Positions 33,715 to 38,414 of a stretch of 38,414 nt of DNA are shown here, piece after piece; position 1 is the first letter of the stretch, and every line of letters begins with the position of its first letter. Source of the stretch: Candidatus Colicola faecequi. GTDB lineage: Bacteria > Bacteroidota > Bacteroidia > Bacteroidales > Paludibacteraceae. The translations under genes were made by a program, and so were the position numbers. The notes beneath the pieces are model-generated. The model was given only the letters and a program-made list of their open reading frames with translations, was not told where the DNA came from and searched no databases. Location: contig JAGHUE010000133.1 in the NCBI GenBank assembly GCA_018064985.1, positions 1-38,414 on the forward strand. Reading direction: 5' to 3'.

Positions 33715-34467
33715 ATGATGCATATTCTCATTTCGAACGACGACGGCTGGGGCGCCAAAGGCATCCTGACGCTGGTGAAGGTGATGCGCCAATACGGCGA
33801 GGTGACCGTAGTAGCACCGAGCGGTCCGCAAAGCGGCCAGAGCAATGCGATGACGGTAGGCGAGCCCGTAAGCTTGGACCTCGTAAGCGAGGCACCCGGG
33901 CTGAGGATCTATACCTGCTCGGGCACTCCCACCGACTGCGTCAAACTGGCCTTCCACCAGCTCTTCACAGACCGTATGCCCGACCTTGTGTGCTCCGGCA
34001 TCAACCACGGCGACAACGGCACCATCAACGTGCTTTACAGCGGCACGATGGGCGCAACGTTCGAGGGAACGGTGCACGGCATTCCGTCGATAGGCTGGTC
34101 GATCTGCAACCACGATCCCGATGCCGATTTCTCGGAGATGGAGCGCTGGATGCCCGAACTCATGCGTCTTATTCTGGCAGAGCCTTACGCTTTCGGCCGT
34201 TGCTGGAACGTGAATGCACCGGCCGGCCGGATCAAAGGCATCCGGTTCACCCGCCACTGCCGCGGCTATTGGGCCAAGGAATGGAAGATGGTGGAAGAGA
34301 AGCCCGGGCATATGCTTTTCACCCTCGCCGGCGACTACGTCAATCTGGAACCGGAAGCGGAAGATACCGACCAATGGGCCTGCGCCAACGGCTATATTTC
34401 CGTATGCCCGGACAGCATCGACATGACCGATTATACCGTACTCAAGCACCTACAGGAACATGCGTGA
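33715..34467 (+). CDS. surE: 5'/3'-nucleotidase SurE
   Basis: ILISNDDGWGAKGI, NHGDNGTINVLYSGTMGA and the length all fit SurE. Confidence 0.92.
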   Translation: MMHILISNDDGWGAKGILTLVKVMRQYGEVTVVAPSGPQSGQSNAMTVGEPVSLDLVSEAPGLRIYTCSGTPTDCVKLAFHQLFTDRMPDLVCSGINHGDNGTINVLYSGTMGATFEGTVHGIPSIGWSICNHDPDADFSEMERWMPELMRLILAEPYAFGRCWNVNAPAGRIKGIRFTRHCRGYWAKEWKMVEEKPGHMLFTLAGDYVNLEPEAEDTDQWACANGYISVCPDSIDMTDYTVLKHLQEHA

Positions 34468-34750
34468 ATTTCTCGACCGGATTGACCGTTATTCCATCGG
34501 CATCCTCATCGGCCTTATTCTCCCCGCCCTCTTCGGCTATGCCTACATCCAGACGTTTCACCTCTGGGGGGCACTCCGCGCCTTCGATTTCCACGCAGGC
34601 TCCATGCTCAGCAAGATGCTGCTCGTTTCGGTTTTTCCCGACATGGCATTCCTCTTCGTGTTTTACGAACTGGACACGTGGAAACTCTCCAAGGGCGTGC
34701 TGATAGGCTCATTCCCATATATCCTTGCAGCTATTGCAACAACCCTTTAA
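34460..34750 (+). CDS. Small integral membrane protein of unknown function
   Basis: There are three predicted hydrophobic helices. The start overlaps the surE stop by 8 nt and the gene ends 3 nt before lpxB. Confidence 0.55.
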   Translation: MREFLDRIDRYSIGILIGLILPALFGYAYIQTFHLWGALRAFDFHAGSMLSKMLLVSVFPDMAFLFVFYELDTWKLSKGVLIGSFPYILAAIATTL

Positions 34751-34753
34751 GAC

Positions 34754-35860
34754 ATGCATTATTTCCTCCTGGCCGGCGAAGCGTCCGGCGACATACACGC
34801 GGCCGCGCTGGTGCGCCAGCTCAGGCAAGCCGACCCGGAAGCCCGATTCGCGGGCCTCGGCGGCGATGCCATGCGTGAGGAGGGAGTGGTCCTCTATCAG
34901 GACTACCGCAAGATGGCATACATGGCCGTGGTGGCCGTGCTGACACACATAGGCGACATCCGCCGCAATTTCCGCATCGCCAGAGAAGCACTCCTGAAGG
35001 AGCAACCCGATGCGCTCATTCTGATAGACTATCCGTCGTTTAATCTGCGTATGGCCGCTTTCTGCCGGAAGCATCTTCCCCATACGAAGATTTTCTACTA
35101 TATACCGCCCAAGGCGTGGGCATGGAAGAGACGCCGCGTACACAAGATCGCACGGTTGTGCGACGAGGTGCTGGGCATCTTTCCGTTCGAGCCGGCTTTT
35201 TATGCGCAATACGGCTACCGCTGCACCTATGCGGGCAATCCGACCGCAACGGCTCTGCGGCCTCTCAGCGAAGGGGCGCAACCCGCAAGAGAGCACCTCA
35301 TAGCAATCCTTCCCGGTTCGCGCCGCTCCGAGATATCCAATTGCCTGCCGAAGATGATTGCCGCCGCGGAAGAAGCGCTTAAGCGGACACAACAGCAGGC
35401 AGAGATTGTGGTGGCAGGTGCTCCGGGTATAGAGGAAGAATTTTACGCGCCTTATGCGCGGAAATATAAGGTGCGCTTCGGCGCAGCACACGAGCTGCTG
35501 CTTCATGCACAGGCAGCCGTGGTGAACAGCGGAACGGCCACGCTGGAAGCCGCGTTGCTTCGTTGCCCGCAAGTGCCGGTTTACCATCTGACCTGCGGCT
35601 GGATAGCCCACCTGCGACCGGTGCTTTTCCCGAGCCCCTATTTCACGCTGCCGAACATTATCCTGCAGCGCGAGGCAGTAAGGGAGAAAATCGCGTACAG
35701 GTTCACCGTGGAAGAAGTGGCCGGCGAGCTGACGCGTCTTCTGAGCGACGAGACCTACCGCCAAGCGCAACTCAGCGACTACGAGGCCATCCGCACCAAA
35801 TTAGGCACCGGCGACGCTCCGGCCACCGCCTCGGCCATTATCACGAAATCACTCAAGTAA
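34754..35860 (+). CDS. lpxB: Lipid-A-disaccharide synthase
   Basis: MHYFLLAGEASGDIHAAALVRQL, IDYPSFNLR, ILPGSRRSEI and NSGTATLEAALL identify the family. Confidence 0.92.
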   Translation: MHYFLLAGEASGDIHAAALVRQLRQADPEARFAGLGGDAMREEGVVLYQDYRKMAYMAVVAVLTHIGDIRRNFRIAREALLKEQPDALILIDYPSFNLRMAAFCRKHLPHTKIFYYIPPKAWAWKRRRVHKIARLCDEVLGIFPFEPAFYAQYGYRCTYAGNPTATALRPLSEGAQPAREHLIAILPGSRRSEISNCLPKMIAAAEEALKRTQQQAEIVVAGAPGIEEEFYAPYARKYKVRFGAAHELLLHAQAAVVNSGTATLEAALLRCPQVPVYHLTCGWIAHLRPVLFPSPYFTLPNIILQREAVREKIAYRFTVEEVAGELTRLLSDETYRQAQLSDYEAIRTKLGTGDAPATASAIITKSLK

Positions 35861-35887
35861 ACAATCAGCCGCACATGCGGCCCATAT

Positions 35888-36979
35888 ATGACACTCTTAT
35901 TTTTATTTCTCTTTTCCGCGATTGCGGTTTCGTTTTTATGCTCCATCCTGGAGTCTGTATTGATGTCCACCACGCTGTCGTTCCTCCAGATGAAAGAGGA
36001 CGAAGGCGATAAGTGGGCGCCCCTGTTGCGCGAATACAAGCAGGACACCGACCGACCTCTGGCCGCTATCCTCTCGCTCAACACGATAGCCAACACCATC
36101 GGCGCAGCCGGTGTAGGCCAACAGGCCACGCTCGTTTTCGGCAGCCGCTGGTTCGGACTGGTGTCAGCCGTGACGACCATCATGATTCTGGTGTTTGCCG
36201 AGATTGTACCGAAGACCATCGGCACCACCCGCTGGCGCAGCCTCACCCGCTTCACGGCCCGTACGCTCCGCTTCCTGATAGTAGTGCTGTTCCCGATAGT
36301 ATGGTGCGTGGAGAAGCTAACCGCACTCGTGAGCCCGGCAGAGGATGATGAGGCAACCATCTCGCGCGAAGAAGTGAGCGCCATGGCCAATGTAGGCGAA
36401 GAAGAGGGCGTATTCGACGAAGACGAGAACAAGATCATCCAGAACATCATCCGCTTGGACGACATCAAGGCATACGAGATCATGACTCCGCGCGTGGTGG
36501 CCGCAACGGCTCCGGAGTTTATGACCCTGGCCGAATTTTACAAGGTGGACAAATACGACCATTTCTCGCGCATCCCCGTATATGGCGATTCGCCCGATTT
36601 CATCACGGGCTATATCTTGCGTTCGGACGCGCTGGAGCTGCTGGCAGAGGATAAGTTCAACGTTCGACTGAAAGAGATCCGTCGCCCGCTGCCGGAGTTT
36701 AACGAGGAGACGTCCATCCCGGATATCTGGGACCAGCTCATCCAGCATAAGGAGCAGATTTCGATAGTGATTGACGACTACGGCGCATTCCAGGGTATCA
36801 TCTCGCTGGAGGACGTGATCGAGACCGTATTCGGTTTGGAAATCACGGATGAGAACGACCAGTTTACCGACATGCAGCAGTATGCACGCGAGCGCTGGCA
36901 GCAGCGTCAGAAGCGCTTCAAGAAGATCGCAGCCCCCAATCCTCAATCCCTTTCTCCGGAAGGAACAAAGGAGAAATAA
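35888..36979 (+). CDS. CNNM/DUF21 transmembrane domain protein with a CBS pair (hemolysin/CorC-like)
   Basis: The N-terminal DUF21 TM region has AEIVPKTIG. EIMTPR is followed by a CBS-like GIISLEDVIETVFG. Confidence 0.85.
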   Translation: MTLLFLFLFSAIAVSFLCSILESVLMSTTLSFLQMKEDEGDKWAPLLREYKQDTDRPLAAILSLNTIANTIGAAGVGQQATLVFGSRWFGLVSAVTTIMILVFAEIVPKTIGTTRWRSLTRFTARTLRFLIVVLFPIVWCVEKLTALVSPAEDDEATISREEVSAMANVGEEEGVFDEDENKIIQNIIRLDDIKAYEIMTPRVVAATAPEFMTLAEFYKVDKYDHFSRIPVYGDSPDFITGYILRSDALELLAEDKFNVRLKEIRRPLPEFNEETSIPDIWDQLIQHKEQISIVIDDYGAFQGIISLEDVIETVFGLEITDENDQFTDMQQYARERWQQRQKRFKKIAAPNPQSLSPEGTKEK

Positions 36980-36988
36980 AGACGAGAT

Positions 36989-37495
36989 ATGAAAAAAATC
37001 TTCCTTTTAGTATTATGCTTTGCAGCCCTGCCGATGTGGGGCAAGAAGCCGCAGAAGCAACCCAAGGCTCCGGAACCCACCGCATTTGACCTGCTGCAGG
37101 CCGCATGGGCAGAGGCAACCGGCGACACGGCCACCTTGGTGCTGGAACCGGCGAAAGATACCGACCCCGGACAGACCATCACGTCCGAACAGATGACTCC
37201 GGGCGGAGCGCACGTGCTGGAGCGCGTACAGGGACAAGTGAACAACGTGGAGATTATCTCCGGCACAGGCGTAAACGACGAAGCCATCATCCGCTTCCGC
37301 CAGGCTCCGTCCATTCTCTCGGGCTCGGCACCTCCACTCTACGTGATAGACGGCGTAACGGGGGCAGACCCGCACAGCATCTCGGAACAGGACATTGAGT
37401 CAGTAACGATCCTCAAGGATGCAGAAGCCATTGCCCAATACGGCATGCGTGGCTCCTGCGGCGTGGTGATAGTGAAGACCCGCAAAGGCAATTAA
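36989..37495 (+). CDS. Small secreted protein with a C-terminal TonB-receptor-plug-like motif
   Basis: A signal peptide is present. PPLYVIDGVTGADPHSISEQDIESVTILKDAEAIAQYGMRGSCGVVIVKTRKG matches the N-terminal plug signature of SusC-type receptors, but no barrel follows. Confidence 0.7.
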   Translation: MKKIFLLVLCFAALPMWGKKPQKQPKAPEPTAFDLLQAAWAEATGDTATLVLEPAKDTDPGQTITSEQMTPGGAHVLERVQGQVNNVEIISGTGVNDEAIIRFRQAPSILSGSAPPLYVIDGVTGADPHSISEQDIESVTILKDAEAIAQYGMRGSCGVVIVKTRKGN

Positions 37496-37512
37496 TTGCG
37501 CATAAACAACCC

Positions 37513-38364
37513 ATGAAACACTTTTTTACGATTCTTTTTATCGCTTTGCTGGCGGCATCGTGCCACGAGGAGCAGCAGCCTATTGTGGTACATCTGTGGC
37601 CCGAAGGAGCTCCCTCCGACAACGGCTATACGCAGGAGGAAGGCGATGAGCGCCACTGCTGGGGCGTATTTGATCCCACGCTCACGGTTTATCTCCCTGA
37701 GCAGCCGAGCGGACAGGCCATTCTTTGCTGCCCCGGAGGCGGCTACGTGGACGTATGGTACGGCACGGAAGGCAATAACTACGGCGAGTGGATGACCGGG
37801 CAGGGCATCACGCTCTGCGTGCTCAAATACCGCTTGCCGAACGGCCACAGAATGATTCCGATGGAGGATGTACAGCGGGCTATGGAGCTGATGCGGGAAC
37901 ATAGAGAAGAATGGCATGTGGAGCAACTCGGCGTCATGGGATTCTCCGCCGGCGGGCACCTCGCCTCGACAGCCGCCACTCATTGGACAGACTCGCTGTA
38001 CCGCCCCGATTTTCAGGTACTTTTCTATCCGGTGATTAGCATGGATTCCGCACTTACGCATATGGGTTCGCGCCATTACCTTCTGGGCGATGAGCCGACG
38101 GACGAGATGGTAAGACTCTACTCGAATGAGCTGCAAGTGACGGACGAGACGCCGGAGGCATTTATCGTTCTCTCGCAAGATGATGATGTCGTTGCGCCGG
38201 AGAACACGTACCGCTACCGTGAAGCGCTGGAAGCACATGGCGTAGCGTGCACGATGCTTCTGCTGCCGTGGGGGAGCCACGGCTGGTCGGGCCACCCGGA
38301 GTTCGCCTTCAACGGCGTTTGGCAGTCGGCTCTCAGCGAATGGCTCAAGACCATCAGGAAATAG
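37513..38364 (+). CDS. Secreted alpha/beta-hydrolase esterase
   Basis: A signal or lipobox (LLAASC) is present. PGGGY is the oxyanion region and GFSAGGHL is the nucleophile elbow (GxSxG). A C-terminal HGW follows. Confidence 0.85.
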   Translation: MKHFFTILFIALLAASCHEEQQPIVVHLWPEGAPSDNGYTQEEGDERHCWGVFDPTLTVYLPEQPSGQAILCCPGGGYVDVWYGTEGNNYGEWMTGQGITLCVLKYRLPNGHRMIPMEDVQRAMELMREHREEWHVEQLGVMGFSAGGHLASTAATHWTDSLYRPDFQVLFYPVISMDSALTHMGSRHYLLGDEPTDEMVRLYSNELQVTDETPEAFIVLSQDDDVVAPENTYRYREALEAHGVACTMLLLPWGSHGWSGHPEFAFNGVWQSALSEWLKTIRK

Positions 38365-38386
38365 AATTCACAATGGACATACGAAA

Positions 38387-38414
38387 AGCCTCGGCAAACA
38401 AGCCGGGGCTTTTT
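38387..38414 (+). terminator. Intrinsic terminator after the esterase gene
   Basis: AGCCUCGGC-AAACAA-GCCGGGGCU forms 9 bp including one G-U pair, followed by UUUU at the window edge. Confidence 0.7.

Noticed and set aside
34709-35770. A 353-aa minus-strand ORF opposite lpxB.
   Set aside because: It is an antisense shadow ORF. lpxB on the plus strand has canonical motifs and operon context.

Overview
This window is a chromosomal segment of a Bacteroidales-type, probably Prevotella-like, genome. The assignment rests on TTTG-N19-21-TAnnTTTG promoters, the absence of Shine-Dalgarno sites, many lipobox lipoproteins, a hybrid two-component regulator, a GT3 glycogen synthase and a type B L31. About 33 CDS are supported and almost all are housekeeping.

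Gene order:
- The 3' end of an unknown CDS, then an ~860-bp decayed non-coding region (100-960).
- On the minus strand, a RluA-family pseudouridine synthase, rpmE2 and rplI-rpsR-rpsF.
- A PRiA4b-ORF3-like protein, miaA and a PKD/YWTD lipoprotein.
- A GT3 glycogen synthase, an AI-2E transporter, a small lipoprotein and a GT35 alpha-glucan phosphorylase.
- RNase R, then an OMP-like / ribbon-helix-helix / L,D-transpeptidase trio.
- A split chromate transporter whose second half runs in frame into a GH3 hydrolase.
- A lytic transglycosylase, udk, rsfS-ftsH and an M16 peptidase.
- An orphan hybrid two-component regulator, two lipoproteins, glmM, surE, a small membrane protein and lpxB.
- A CNNM/CBS protein, a plug-like small protein and an esterase.

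I found no rRNA, tRNA, CRISPR array, transposase, integrase or recognisable defence genes, and I cannot point to a clear novel multi-gene system.

The most unusual signal is a family of short tandem word repeats. One class has a strict 11-bp period (33-bp modules such as NNAAGTCGCAT x3). The other has an 8-bp period (24-bp modules). They sit in intergenic spacers, in frame inside RNase R, and across the stop/start junction of the two-component regulator and the next lipoprotein.

Secondary oddities are the ChrA-GH3 in-frame fusion, an RHH gene start-stop overlapped with an L,D-transpeptidase, two stand-alone TonB-plug-like mini-proteins, and a near-identical 35-bp promoter cassette at two loci.

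All family assignments come from motif recognition by eye. No searches were run.
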